Assembly: GCF_004010195.1 (NCBI RefSeq)
Contig: NC_057719.1
Location: 82,391,953-82,455,952 of the forward strand
Length of the DNA stretch: 64,000 nucleotides
Source of the DNA: Chiloscyllium plagiosum
Lineage: Eukaryota
Reading direction: 5' to 3'
The notes under the pieces are model-generated. The model saw only the letters and a list, made by a program, of their open reading frames with translations, was not told the origin of the DNA and did not search any database. The position numbers and the translations under genes are program-made. Shown in pieces: positions 11,985 through 25,392 of the stretch (positions are counted from its first letter, which is position 1; each line of letters opens with the position of its first letter).

Positions 11985-13365
11985 TAAATATTGTTTTTCA
12001 AGAAGGGGAGTAGAGACAACCCTGGTAATTATTGACCAGTGAGCCGAACTTCGGTTGTGGGTAAAGTGTTAGAAAGGGTTATAAGAGATAGGCTTTATAA
12101 TCATCTTGGAAGGAATAAGTTGATTAGGGATAGTCAAAACAGTTTTGTGAAGGGTAGGTTGTGCCTCACAAACCTTATTGAGTTCTTTGAGAAGGTGAAC
12201 AAACAGGTGGATGAGGGTAAAGTGGATGATGTGGTGTATATGGATTTCAGTAAGGCGTTCGATAAGGTTCCCCACGATAGGCTATTGCACATAATACGGA
12301 GGCAAGGGATTGAGGGTGGTTTAGCGGTTTGGATCAGAAATTGGCTAGCTGAAAGAAGACAGAGGGTGGTGGTTGATGGTAAATATTCATCCTGGAGTTC
12401 AATTATTGGTGGTGTCCTGCAAGGATCTGTTTTGGGTCCACTGCTGTTTGTCGTTTTATAAATGACCTGGATGAGGGCATAGAAGGATGGGTTAGTAAAT
12501 TTGCAGATGACACTAAAGTTGGTAAAGTTTGGATCGTGATTAAGGATGTTTAGGTTACAGAGGGATATAGATAAGCTACAAAGCTGGGCTGAGAGGTGGC
12601 AAATGGAGTTTAATGCAGAAAAGTGTGAGGTGATTCACTTTGGCAGGAGCAACAGGAATGCAGAGTACTGGGTTAATGGTAAGATTCTTGGTAGTGTAGA
12701 TGAGCAGAGAGATCTCAGTGTCTATGTATAAAGATCTTTGAAAGTTGTCACTCAGGTTGGTAGGGTTGTTAAGAAGGCATATGGCATGCTAGCTTTTATT
12801 GGTAGAGGGATTGAGTTTCAGAACCATGAGGCCATGTTGCAGCTATACAAAAATCTGATGTGGCCGCAATGGAGTATTGTATACAATTCTGATGAATGCA
12901 TTACAGGAAGGATGTGGAAGCTTTGGAAAGGATGTTGCCTGGTATGGAGGGAAGGTCTTATGAGGAAAAGCTGAAGGACTTGAGGTTGCTTTTGTTAGAG
13001 AGAAGAAGGTTGAGAGGTAATTTAATTGAGACATATAAGATAATCAGAGGGTTAGATAGGGTCGACAGTGAGATCCTTTTTCCTCGGATGGTGAGGGCCA
13101 GCACAAGGGGACATAGCTTTAAATTGAGGGGTGATAGATATAGGACAGATGTCAGAGGCAGTTTCTTTACTCAGAGAGTAGTAGGAGCATGGAACGCACT
13201 TCCTGCAACAGTAGCAGACTTGCCAACTTTAAGGGCATTTAAATGGTCATTGGATAGGCTTATGCACGAGAATGGAATAGCGTAGGTTAGATGGGCTTCA
13301 GATTGGTTCCTCAGGTCGGCGCAACATCGAGGGCTGAAGGGCCTGTACTGCGCTATAATGTTGTG
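11985..13365 (+). mobile_element. CR1 LINE, 5'-truncated, RT to 3' end
   Basis: ORFs 12039-12461 (YMDFSKAFDKVPH, QGSVLGPLLF), FADDTK, 12546-12731, 12896-13285; 3' tail at ~13340-13362. Confidence 0.95.
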
Positions 13366-13454
13366 ATCAACAAATTTCCTTTTCCTCATGTCATCTTGTA
13401 ATTTTTTGGATAGACATTGATAACCAATCAGAACAAGTAAGTAAATAACAAACT

Positions 13455-13775
13455 GAAAGTCAACAGGTCTGGCAACATCTGTGGAGAGAAATCAGAGTTA
13501 ATGGCTCAGGTCCAGTGACCCTTCTTTCGAACTGATGGTAGCTAGGAAAATGTTTGTTATGCACAAGATGGGATGGGAAGAAAGGTAAGGACTAAATGAT
13601 AGGTGGGGATAGAGCCCAAAGAGACAGAGGCACAATTGGACAACGGAGTGGATAATGGTCAGCCTGGAAGAATGAATGGCTGCTAATGAGGACTATTTGC
13701 GGCTAACAATTGGGTTGTGTGTGAAAACAATGTGGTTCTGAAATCCAGTATTTGCAGTTCTTTTGGTTTTTTAGA
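13455..13775. mobile_element. Older PLE-derived terminal repeat (fourth family), degenerate HHR
   Basis: caggtctggcaacatctgtggagagaaatcagagtt...ccagtgacccttc; related copies at ~16730-17500 and ~50160-50280. Confidence 0.5.
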
Positions 13776-13859
13776 AATAAATAAATAATTTGACGACAAA
13801 TCTAGACAGAAGGGTGGATAAACCACTGATGTAAACAAGGTCATCTACCCGGGATCCAT

Positions 13860-14521
13860 GGGTCTGAATTTTATCCTGAGGGATAGGCTCCATGTCTTCC
13901 TGCCCTATGTGTAAGAGACAACTCTGGTCTTGCTTTTCCAGTCACCCTCCCAACCTCCCGTAGCCATTTAAAAGCTGATGGGCTGTCAACTGCTTTGCTG
14001 AAGACCTTGTGCCTGCTTCATTGCAGCAAGTCCAGCCTCTGGTTTCAGTAGCATGGCTCAGGAAGTGGCAGTCACTGCTGGGACCACAGCCAGCCCCAGG
14101 TGGAGGTAAACTGCAACACAAAGTGGCAACTTGAAGGGTGAAGGCTGGAGGCTCACTCACTGTGTCAAGTATTGCAAAAGGGGCTGGGTTGAGCAGGCCA
14201 ATGGTGAAGGTGAAACACAGGGTTGGCAAAAATTTTGCAAGCCTTCTGCTGGGCACAGGAAGTCCATAAAGCAGGTACCTCCACCTCCTGGACTGGCAAC
14301 CAGGCCGGCCAGCTAAGCATTTCATGGCCTCAATCAGCTTATGGCGGGGAGGTCTGCCCCACTGCTGGGTAAATTGCACTTGAGCGAGGAGGTGGGAGGG
14401 AACAGGTGCTGGTAAAGACAACTATGGCACAGTATCTAATTTTTCCACACCTATCAACAACCACTTGCCAGTCCCAGCCACCCCACCCCAAACCCACTGG
14501 AAACCCTGAAACCCCAGACCC
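13860..14521. mobile_element. Non-autonomous TIR element (MITE-like, possibly Harbinger-related)
   Basis: Perfect 11-bp inverted ends ccatgggtctg (13856-13866) / cagacccatgg (14515-14525); no transposase ORF. Confidence 0.55.
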
Positions 14522-14897
14522 ATGGCTGAGTCAGCAGAGAACTGGGGGAGTAAAGCTGTTTGTTGGTTGTAATTGACACATGAACAGTTCACCTTCTCAG
14601 GTCAGGCCCTTTGTTTAACATCAGTGGGCTGCTACGAAAGGATGGTGCCCTCTAATTATTGGTTTGTCCATTACTTTATCCAGATGACTGCCAGCAACAT
14701 TTGACAACCACTGTCAGCAAGACACAGGGTTACACAGCGTGACAATTGGTCCCCAATCACAATATAGGCACCAGCATTCAACTTTCCTCTGTTACACACT
14801 GGATGTTCTTGCTTCTAACTTTGTGTCATTCTACAGGATATGAACATTCAAGGCATTTAATTGGCTTTCAGTTAAGCATGCAATAATCAATGAGAGT

Positions 14898-15355
14898 GCT
14901 TGTGGTACAATGGTATTATCCCTGAGCCAACCAGCCTGGGTTCAAATCCCTCCTAATCCAAAGGTGTGCCACAGCATATGTTGTTTGATTAAAAATATCT
15001 TGGCATGGGAAAGTAACTGCCAAGTTGGGGGTATTATTGCTGTACTGTTAATCCAGAGACCCAAGTAATGTTCTGGGGACCTGTGTTCAAATCCCGCCAT
15101 GACAGATGGGTTGAATTTGAAGTCAATAAATATCTGCAATTAATGATGACCATGAATCTATTGTTGATTCTCCGAAAAAACCCATCTGGTTCACTAATGT
15201 CTTTTAAGGAAGGAAGCTGCCATTCTTACCTGGTCTGGCCTATGTGTGACTCCAGACCCATGGCGATGTGGTTGACTCTTAGCTGCCCTCTGGGCAATTA
15301 GGGATGGGCAATAAATGCTGACCTAGTCAGTGATGCCTTCATTCCATGAATTACT
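14898..15355 (+). mobile_element. Two adjacent tRNA-derived SINEs
   Basis: A/B-box-like heads at ~14900-14950 and ~15030-15100; the second ends in gggcaattagggatgggcaataaatgc, shared with a LINE tail at 18140 and with 53740; the first recurs at ~32470-32570. Confidence 0.65.
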
Positions 15356-16832
15356 TTTTATAAATATCTACAATGATCATTAAGTGGTTACAGGATAGAA
15401 TTAGGCTATTTGGTAATGGCGTCTCTTTGCAAGAGCTACTCAGGAGTCCCACATCCTCCACCCTGTTGCCCTACAAACCTCTGTCCCCAGGAAATTAGCA
15501 TAAGTCATCACCTTCATTTGTCAAACTGACAATAATCATTGCATTTCAAAATAATTAACTCGATGCATTGCACCTTGGCGTGTGATAAATATGCCTCTCA
15601 CTGCACATTAAATATATTTTTCTAGAATACATTTACAAATTTTTGCAATACTCTTCTGTTTTTGTTATATTTGTTTGTGGGATGTGAGTGTTGCTGCCTG
15701 GATCACCTTTTGTTGCCTTTCCTAATTGCCTTTGAACTAAGTGGCTCTCTAGGGTAGAGGATAGCTAAGAGTTAACCATATTTCTGTGGGTCTGGAGTCA
15801 CATGTAGGCCAGACCAGGTAAGGATGGCAGATTTCTTTTCCCTGGATACTAAACATACTAAAGGTTCATACTAAACATAGGCTTCTTCCCAGCCCCCTTC
15901 ATGCTAACTCCATCCTTCGATGAATTAAAAGACTATAGGTGCTAGAAATCTGAAATACAAACCCAAAGGCCTAGGGATGCTCAGAAAAGTGAAGGAAGAA
16001 ACAGACACTGAGGGTGGAATCTTCTCAGGCCTTGAACAATGTGGGGTGTGACATGAAACCTGGGAAGATCACGTGACAGCTCCAGTCAGGTCTTTTTCCA
16101 CATCAGGAGCGACAGGTCGCCTTTTCCAACCAAGTTTTTGGATGGCGAGATGAGAATATTGCTGGAGAGTAGCTAGAGGTCTATTAACAGGAATTATCAG
16201 TCATTATCACCCTCATTAATACCTAATCCTGCCTCATTAAATCTGCAGGGTCCACTAGTTCCACTTGCCAGATAGAAAACACACACTCTCTCTTTCTCTC
16301 TCTCTCACACTCTCTTCCACACACATACACTCTCACAGACATCCAACACGTGCTTCACACCATCAAGGTTTAGCTAGCTCTGATCCACTCCCAGTCTACT
16401 TCTTCATTTCAATGCTACACTGTGGAGCACACCAGAACCTTTCATTGCAATGCTGCTGCCAGGACACTATGGGTACAGAGAGAGGCAACCAGGTCACAGA
16501 TTCAACCAGATTCCATCTCAGGATTGCTCACTTGGTTTCTCAGCACTTGCTCACTCACTTAGCACCTTCGCTGGGTGGCCATAGCATCTTAATCTTTCCT
16601 TTCAGTTCTTTGTCCCCTCAGCCATACCTTGAAAGTCCAAAGTAGCTCTATCTTGATGTACTGCTTAATGGACGGGTTGAACCAAAGGGCCTATTGTACA
16701 GCTCTACGACTCTATAACTCTAAATAAAACAATGAACTGCAGACACTGAAGATCTAAGACAAAAGCAGGAAGTGCTGGAGAAACTCAGTAGGTCTGGTAA
16801 CATCTGTGGAGAGAGAAACACAACTAATGTTT

Positions 16833-17415
16833 AGATTAGAGTGGTGCTGGAAAAGCACGTCAGTTCAGACAGCATCGGAGGAGCAGGAAAATCGATGTTT
16901 CGGGCAAAAACCCTTCATCAGGAATACAGGCAGAGTGCCTGTAGGGTGGAGAGATAAATGAGAGGAGGGTGGGGGTGGGGAGAAAGTAGCATAGTGTACA
17001 ATAGGTGAATGGGGGTGGGGATGAAGGTGATAGGTAAGAGAGGAGGGTGGAGTGGATAGGTGGAAAGCAGAGCGTTTTAGGGAACATCTCTGGGACACCC
17101 GCACCNNNNNNNNNNNNNNNNNNNNNNNNNNNNNNNNNNNNNNNNNNNNNNNNNNNNNNNNNNNNNNNNNNNNNNNNNNNNNNNNNNNNNNNNNNNNNNN
17201 NNNNNNNNNNNNNGTACTCTATGCTACTTTCTCCCCACCCCCAACCTCCTCTCATTTATCTCTCCACCCTGCAGGCACTCTGCCTGTATTCCTGATGAAG
17301 AGTTTTTGCCCGAAACGTCGATTTTCCTGCTCCTCGGATGCTGCCTGAACTGCTGTGCTTTTCCAGCGCCACTCTAATCTAGTGGTTTCCAGCATCTGCA
17401 GCCCTTGTTTTTACC
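16833..17415. mobile_element. PLE family A foldback (inverted terminal repeats) spanning an N gap
   Basis: ~16833-16995 is the reverse complement of ~17219-17382; HHR motifs at ~16894-16921 (-) and ~17292-17319 (+); gap 17106-17213. Confidence 0.8.
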
Positions 17416-18109
17416 TAATTGACATTTTGAGTCCAGTAACATTTTGACAAGGGGTTAACTCTGATTTTCTCTCCAAAGATGCTGCCAGATCTAAAATACT
17501 GACTGGATTTCCTATACGGTACTAAATACAAATTGCTAACAGAAAGCAGTTCAAAAGCTAAAATGATAAGGAATTTAAGCGTTCCCTTACAATACTCCAG
17601 CTGCAGACCAGTTAACATACAGCTTGAGGTAAAAGTTGGACAACTGTGACGTTTTCACCTTCACCCTTAAGTGCCCATTTTGTGAAGCACTATGGAGTGT
17701 TGCAAGTGGTGAGCACGTTCTAAAGAATGTGACTGATTTGTAAAGGCTTTTGATTTTCAAAGGGGACATAATAAAACCTGACTTGAGGACATTAGTGTCA
17801 TGTTTTACACAATCATTTCATTAACGCTCCTGTGTCACTAGGTAATGTTCTGTCGACTCTAGCCTTACTAGCTAGAAAATAATGGCTATCTGTTCTCCTC
17901 AAGAAGACCTCGAAGCCAGATCGACATCACGCAAGGTCATTCAGTTTCTTTCTTGTGCTGGTCTCTTTGCGTTGGCTTGCCTGAGCAGAGCTCAGTGTTC
18001 TTACCAGTCCTCTTACTAATAACTTCTCTCATTATTCTCAGTTTACACTGGTATTTAATCGCCAGCGCAGGCATGAGGAAGACTATTTTTTAAAGAACTT
18101 ATAGAAAAT

Positions 18110-18490
18110 TCATTTTTGGGACATGGGTATTGCTGGCTGGCCAGCATTTATTGCCCATCCCTAGTTGCCCTTGGAGAAGGCAGTGATGAGCTGCCTTCAT
18201 GAACTGCTGCATTTCACCTGCTGTGGGTTGACCCATAATGCCATTAGGAAGGTGAGTGACTTGGAAGGGAATTTGCAGGTGATGATATTCCCATGTATCT
18301 GCTGCCCTTGTCCTTCTAAATGGAAGTGGTCATGGGTTTGGAAGGTACTGTTTGAGGATCTTTGGTGAATTTCTGCAGTGCTTCTTGTAGATAGTACACA
18401 CTGAGCGTCAGTGGTGAAGGGAGTGGATACTTGTGAATGTGATGCCAGTCAAGCAGGCTGCTTTGTCCTGGATGGTGTTAAGCTCCTTGA
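18110..18490 (-). mobile_element. 3' end of a CR1/L2-group non-LTR family
   Basis: Homologous to 51735-52005/52865-53420 (+) and 58825-59280 (-). Confidence 0.7.
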
Positions 18491-18927
18491 CTCCCAAGAT
18501 TCAAGAGTACTAAGTGAGGGGAGGGGGGAGGGAGGGGGTCCAACAAATGCAGCCACATGGGTTAGCCAACAGGCACCCGTTCTCCATGATGTAGTTGTTG
18601 TGGGATTTTTTTAAATAAGCGTTCTGAGAGAACGGATACACCTCAGTTTGAAATGACATCCCGAAGACAGTCACTTTGACAGTGAAACACTGGTTGAAGA
18701 GACAATGATGTCAGAGATACCATGGCGCAATATCAAAGAAGGAGCAAGGAGTTACTCTCAATGTCCTGGCTGCATTTATTGTTCAAGACAGCATCACTGC
18801 AGACAGACTATCAGGTATTTACTCCATTGGTATTTGTACAAGCTTCCCCTCTCAAGGTATACTCTGTCAGTGATTCCTGATGTCAAAGGTGGTGTAGAAA
18901 TACAAGTTGGCTCCATTGAACAAGCAG

Positions 18928-19150
18928 GAGAAAGTGAGGACTGCAGATGCTGGAGATCAGAGCTGAAAATGTGTTGCTGGAAAAGCGCAGCAGGTCAGGC
19001 AGCATCCAAGGAACAGGAGAATCGACATTTCGGGCATAAGCCCTTCTTCAGGAATCATCGACGTTTCGGGCATAAGCCCTTCTTCAGGATTCCCTGTTCC
19101 TTGGATGCTGCCTGACCTGCTGCGCTTTTCCAGCAACACATTTTCAGCTC
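18928..19150 (-). mobile_element. Foldback mini-PLE with tandem HHR cores and TSD
   Basis: TSD cattgaacaagcag at 18914-18927 and 19151-19164; inverted arms 18960-19023 / 19088-19150; HHR cores 19024-19051 and 19060-19087. Confidence 0.88.
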
Positions 19151-19225
19151 CATTGAACAAGCAGCTGACAAAAAAGGTTAACAGCACCATCTGCTGGCCT
19201 CAGTCCAAAACTACAGTATTGGTTT

Positions 19226-19888
19226 AGAGTCATAGAGTCAAAGAGATGTACAGCGTGGAAACAAACCCTTCAGTCCAACCTGTCCATGCTGACCAGATAC
19301 CCCAACCTTACCCTCTCCATGCCCCTCACAATTTTGTAAACCTCTATAAGGTCACCCCTCAGCCTCCGATGCTCCAGGAAAAATAGCCCCAGCCTGTCAG
19401 CCTCTCCCTATAGCTCCAATCCTCCAACCCTGGCAACATCCTTGTAAATCTTTTCTGAACCCTTTCAAGTTTCACAACATCCGATAGGTAAGAGACCAGA
19501 ATTGCACGCAATATTCCAACAGCAGCCTAACCAATGACCCGAACAGCCGCAACATGACCTCCCGACTCTTGTACTCAATACTCTGACCAATAAAAGAAAG
19601 CATACCAAACGCCTTCTTCACTATCCCATCTAATGCGATTCCACTTTCAAGGAGCTATGAACCTGCACCCCAAGGTCTCTTAGTTCATCAACACTCCCTA
19701 GGACCTTACCATTAAGTGTATAAGTCCTGCTAATATTTGCTTTCCCAAAATGCAGCACCTCGTATCTGCCACTTCTCAGCCCATTGGCCCATCTGGTCAA
19801 GATCCTGTTCTAATCTGAGTAAACCTTCCTCGCTGTCCACTACACCTCCAATTTTGGTGTCATCTGCAAACTTACTCACTGTACCTCT
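19226..19888 (-). mobile_element. CR1 LINE 3' part with internal deletion
   Basis: Tail tagagtcatagagtc at 19226; antisense KFADDTKIGG at ~19850-19875. Confidence 0.9.
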
Positions 19889-19918
19889 TTGATACAGAAT
19901 TGACTATAAATACTGTAT

Positions 19919-20043
19919 CAGGAAGGGCTCCTGTCCGAAACGTCGATTTTCCTGCTCCTCGGATGCTGCCTGACTTGCTGTGCTTTTCCAGCACCATTCT
20001 AATCTTGACTCTAATCTCCAGCATCTGCAGTCCTCACTTTCAC
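19919..20043 (+). mobile_element. Mini-PLE family A
   Basis: 15-bp TSD ctataaatactgtat at 19904-19918 and 20044-20058. Confidence 0.85.
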
Positions 20044-20514
20044 CTATAAATACTGTATGTTAGCTTAAATAACACTTTGAGGGTAAAGATGGGTGAGATT
20101 TTAAACATGGGGAGGAGAAGGAATCTTGCACTCTCAAACACACGCTACTCTCTTTGTTGTCATATATCTGGGGCTTCTTTGGCTGTCCCTTCAGAGGAAG
20201 ATGAGGTCAGCCTGAACTCACAAACTACTGTAGATAGGCCTTGCTCCTATTGGTTTCTCCTCAAGAAAGAAACTGTGCTGAAAAGCTGTCAAAGATGAGC
20301 ACTATAACATTTTCAGATGACCCACACTTTGATTCGCCTGCAATAGCAATGCTCAAGTCAATGCACTCCACTTGCTCCTCTTTCTGAACAGCCAACGCTC
20401 ACACTTACATGCATTCCTCTACCCTCTCACACTCATCTAACACTCTCACTCTCTAACTGCACTCACAAGTTTGATGATCGCATCACTGGAGTGGGTTTAA
20501 TCTTAAATAACAAT

Positions 20515-21320
20515 CAGACAAGAGTAGAGGAAAGAGCTTACTGGCAAGGTGTAAAGACAACAATCTCTCCCTCACCGTCAGCAAAATGAAGGAGCTGCTC
20601 ATTGACTTCAGGAAGTGGACTGGATGGCACGCCCTTGTCTGCAACAATCGTGCTGAGGTGGAGATGGTCATGTGCTTGAAGTTCCCAGGAGTGATGATCG
20701 CCAATAATCTGTCCTGTTCCACCCCATGTTGACGCTAGAGTCAAGAAAGCGCAGCAACATCCCAACTTCTTCAGGAGGCTAAGGAACTTCAGCATGTCCA
20801 CAAAGGCTCTTACCAATTTTTGTAGATGCACCACAGAAGGCATCCTGTCTGAATGTATCACAGCTTGGTATGGGAACTGCTCTGCCCAAGACCATAAGAA
20901 ATTACAGACAGTCATGAACACAGCCCAGTCCGTCACATAAACCAGCCTTCCATCCATTGACGTCATCTATACATCCCAACGTCTCAGGAACACTGCCAAC
21001 ATACTCAAAGAGCCTTCCCAACCCAGTTATACTCTCTTTCATCATCCTCCACTGGCAGAAGATATAAAAGTTTGAAAACACATATCAACAAATTTAAGAA
21101 CAGCTTCTTCCCTGCTGTTAACAGACTGATGAATGGATCTCTCATACATTAGAGTTGATCTTTCTCTGCACCTTCTCTGTAGCTGTAACACTATATTCAG
21201 CATTCTGTTCTATTACCCTGATGTACTTATAGAGCTTTGATTTGTCTGGTTAGCACGCAAAACAACACTCCTCACTGTATCTTGGTATATGTGACAATAA
21301 TCAAATCAAATCAAATCAAA
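20515..21320 (+). mobile_element. Rex1/Babar non-LTR retrotransposon, 3' part
   Basis: CKDNNLSLTVSKMKELLIDFRK...VKKAQQ...FRRLR...CITAWYGNC; (CAAAT)n tail 21296-21319. Confidence 0.9.
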
Positions 21321-23097
21321 GAAAACCAAATCATGTCTGATCATCATCAAATACTGCCTTTCCCTCCTCTGTTCACAAGCTTAAATGTACTCACATTTCC
21401 TTGCTGGGGGGTGGCTTCTGGGTCCTTCCAGTGACAGGCACCTTGTCAGGTACCGGAAATGTGGGCCCATCTTATCGTGTGGAAGGACATCTGTTTCAGG
21501 AGACTGAAGGAGTCAGCAATAATCTGTCATAAGAGGGTGTGGGCCTCACACGCAGAGACCTGTCCTGCAGACCTGGTCTCGCTTCCTTTCCTAACTGGAT
21601 CTCAGGGAGACGACAGCTAGTGTTGCTGCTGCTGCTGTGTCCCAGTCGGCAGAGGTGGAAGGTTAGACTGCAGTGCTGCTCCTTGCCAGGATGAAGCTTG
21701 GTGGAAGTGCAGCTGAATATGAAGTTGGCAATCCCCTGACAAGCAGCGAGACCTGTGAAAGTGCCCTGAACAGCAGCCTGGCCAAGGCTTTCAGTGTAAC
21801 TGCTCAAAACCTTTCGGGCCCATCGTTTTCACTGAAGAAGCTCTCCCTCCAACTACACCTCGAGAGAATGCAATCCCAAATTGACAGTTAAAAGGATTCA
21901 AAAGTGGCTTTTACGTTACTTTGATTCTCATCAACAGGTCCAAAGAGGGCCCCTGCATAACTTCAATCCACATCCCCAACAAAATCAGGAACAAAGTTAG
22001 ATGATGTCTAGATCTGACCTGATGTCTGTTTGAGGAGATTTAATTCCCCGCCTACCTCCAAACCCACATCTCATTATCTTTATTATAATTATTAGTCTGG
22101 GTCAGACCGACAAGGGGTATCTTCCCGTGATCAGTCCTGGCACCGATGCTCTTCATTGTCTTGGTGAATGACCCGGACACTAGTGAGTCTGAGTATGTTT
22201 TAGATGATGCCAAACACTGTACTAGGTTTCACATGGTGGGGGAGAGTTGTCAAATATACAAGAGAGCTACAAGAAGAGAGCTACAAGAATAATTCCTAAC
22301 CTGAACACTCTGAGTGCACCAGTCACTGTGAGCCAGGAGAAGACAGAATGGAGTATTTTTGCACTTTGCACTCAACTCTTTAAGCTACCGTGTTGCAATT
22401 CTGTCAGCGGGTGGAATTACAAATGTCCTTTTGGGCGGGAAGAACTAAATCTCTCACTTGCTGCATTACATGATCGTTGTACCACAGAAACCACTCACTA
22501 GGGCTTTTATTTTAGCATTGAAAGCAACTATAGTTGTACACACAAGAAGGGCTGAAAATTGGAACAAAGATGTCACACACCAGCGTAAGACTTAGGCAGA
22601 AGCTGCCGAATGTTAAGGTTGCTGAGATTTCTTCTTTCTCAGAGGGCTATTAGTTTGTGAACTTCTCTTCCCAGAGAGTGGTGGAGACAGGGACATTCAA
22701 TATTTTAAGAACAAGTTAGACAGATTCTTGATTGACAAGGGAGTCAAAAGTCACACAGAGTAGACAGCAAAATAGAGTTGAGACCTCAATGAAATCAGCC
22801 GTGCTCTTATCAAAGTTCAGAGCACCCTCAAAGGCCGAAGGGCCTAAACCTGCTCCTAATTTCGATATGTGTACGTGTCTTTCACTTTAAAGTGCACAAG
22901 CAAATAGCAGGAATACCAAGAAGGAATGCACTGAAATACATACTTTAAGAGTAGAGTTGAAATGGAGGACAGAATAGGATTGGGTGAATGTAAAAGCAAG
23001 TACTGCTGTTTGAACAAAGATAGGTATAATGAGAACTTTAACTCCCCTCAGTTGGTTCCATCCTGGCAATGAGAAAGAAGTGGGAGAGATGTTCAAA

Positions 23098-24180
23098 TCA
23101 TGGAGTCCTAGAGTCCTACAGCACGGAGACAGACCCTTTGGCCCAAATTGGTCCATGCCGACCAAAATGTCCATCCACGCTAACCCCATTTCCCTGCCCT
23201 TGGCCCATATTCCCCTAACCCTTTCCTATCCATGTATTTGTCCAAATGCCTTTTAAATGTTGTTAATGTACCCGCCTCAACCACTCCCGCTGGCAGCTCA
23301 TTCCATATGCGTACCAACCTCTGTGTAAAAATGTTGCCCCTCAGGTTCCCTTTTATTCTTTCCCCTCTAACCTTAAACTGATGCCCTCTAGTCGTTGATT
23401 CCCCAATCCTGGGAAAAAGACTGAGTGCATTCATCCTATCCATGCCTCTCATGATGTCATACACCTCTATAAGATCCCTTCTCAGTTTGTAAAGAAAAAA
23501 GTCCTAGCATGTCCAACCTTCCGCGATACCTCAGGCCCTTGAGTCCTGGCAATATTCTTGTAAATTTCTTCTGCACTCTTTCTAGTTGAATAGTATCCTT
23601 CCTATAGTATCCTTCGAACTCCCTTCAGGCTCTCTGCCTGTATTCCTGATAAAGGGCTTTTGCCCGAAATGTCGATTTTCCTGCTCCTTGGATGCTGCCT
23701 GAACTGCTGTGCTTTTCCAGCACCTCTCTAATCTAGACTCTGGTTTCCAGCATCTGCAGTCATTTTTTTTACCTCCTTCCGATAGCAAGGTGACCAAAAC
23801 TGAACACACTACTCCAAGTGTGGCCTCACCAATGTCCTGTACAACTGCAGCATAACTTCCCAACTTTTATACTCAAAGCACTGACTGATGAAGGCCGGTG
23901 TGCCAAAACCCTCTTCACTGCCCTGTCTGCCTGTGACTCCACTTTCAGAGAACCGTGAACCTGAACTCCAAGGTCCGTCCAAGGTTCCATTACACTCCGT
24001 GGGGCCCTACCATTCACCATGAAACTCTGACCTTGATTTGACTTTCCAAAATGCAAGATCTCACATTTATTTATACTAAACTCCATATGCCACTTCTCAG
24101 CCCACTTCCCCAGCTGATCAAGGTCCTGCTGCAATTTCTGATAACCTTCTTCACTGTCCATGATATTGCCTATTTTAGTG
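23098..24180 (-). mobile_element. CR1 LINE 3' part containing a mini-PLE (~23608-23773)
   Basis: ORFs 23826-24263 (LQQDLDQLGKWAEKWHMEF) and 23180-23464; the PLE is flanked by tccttcc(t/g)atag. Confidence 0.9.
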
Positions 24181-25185
24181 TCGAGCAGTTGTATTTGCCT
24201 TTTAGCACACCTCACTTTTATTTTACAGCTGTTAAAACTTAAAGTATTTGACAAAAGAACCAAGGAGAAAATATTTTACGCTCAGGATTGTTAATAGCTG
24301 GAATGTACCACCTGAAGGGGTGGTGAAGCAGATGAAGTGGAACTTCCAAAAGGGAACTGGATATTTAATCAAAGGGAAATGTTGTAGGGCCACGGGGAAA
24401 GATGAAGGGAGTAGGCTAATTGGATAGGTCTTTCAAAGAACCAGTACTCATATCATGGACCAAATGGCTTCCTCTTGTGATATATAATTGTACGATTTAG
24501 GCCAGGCTTCCCAAAGTGAAGGCTGGTAACCCAAGTGTGATTGTAATCTTTAATTATGGGGTCTCAGACACTGAGGCAGCAATGCTCAAACCACCATACC
24601 CCACCCACCAAACTCCCTTACCCCTCCCACCCCCGCTCTCATAGATCTTCTCCCCCACCCCATCCCTCACCCCCTTCTGCTCTCCCTTAGTTCTCTCAGA
24701 CTATTTAACATACAGTGTGGCTGGTAGAATCAATGTTATTGGATTTTGGTGCAGTAAAGTTCTTTTGTTTTAAACTGTGCATCTGTTGGCTTCATTCTTT
24801 TAATAAATACCTGGGTTTTCGAATTCAAAAAAGACCTATTAAAACCAAGATTGTAAATAATGATGTTACTAAACTCAAACTCTCCCAAGGTAGTGGCATT
24901 AACATGCTGCTATGTACTGCAGAATCCGAGATCTACTGTCAGGATCAAAGATATTAGAGTTTCAGTTCTCTTTGAGGCAAGAACAGGGTCCAATGCAAAA
25001 TTTCCTCCTGCCATCAAACATACAACTCCATGAATCAGGAAGTATACAATTTAAAGTCAATGGACAGCTGACTGCAACACTTCAGAACAAAGGAAGGCAA
25101 ATCACAGAAATGTTGTATATGATCCAAAATCAAGGGTGCTCAGTATTAAGTTGAAGAGATCTACAACTCATCTTTAATTATAAAA

Positions 25186-25392
25186 TCATAGAATCCCTAC
25201 AGAGTGAAAATAAGCCATTCAGCCCAACGAGTCCACACTGATCCTCCAAATAACAGCCCCCCCCCCCGACTCAAACCACATCCCAACCCCTCAACTTCAC
25301 ATTATCCGTGACTAATTCACCGAACCTGCACATCCCTGGACTTTATAGGCAATTTAGTATGGCCAATCCACCTAATGTGCAAATCTTTGGAT
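25186..25392 (-). mobile_element. HE1-type SINE, 3' part
   Basis: Tail atcatagaatccctacag plus V-domain ggcaatttagtatggccaatccacc. Confidence 0.8.

Noticed and set aside
17106..17213. ORFs spanning N runs (also 27879-27901)
   Set aside because: Assembly gaps; they also mean hairpin regions may be mis-assembled
21496..21891. ORFs 21496-21807 and 21673-21891, and 55425-55937
   Set aside because: No recognisable motifs; probably interiors of decayed DNA-transposon relics
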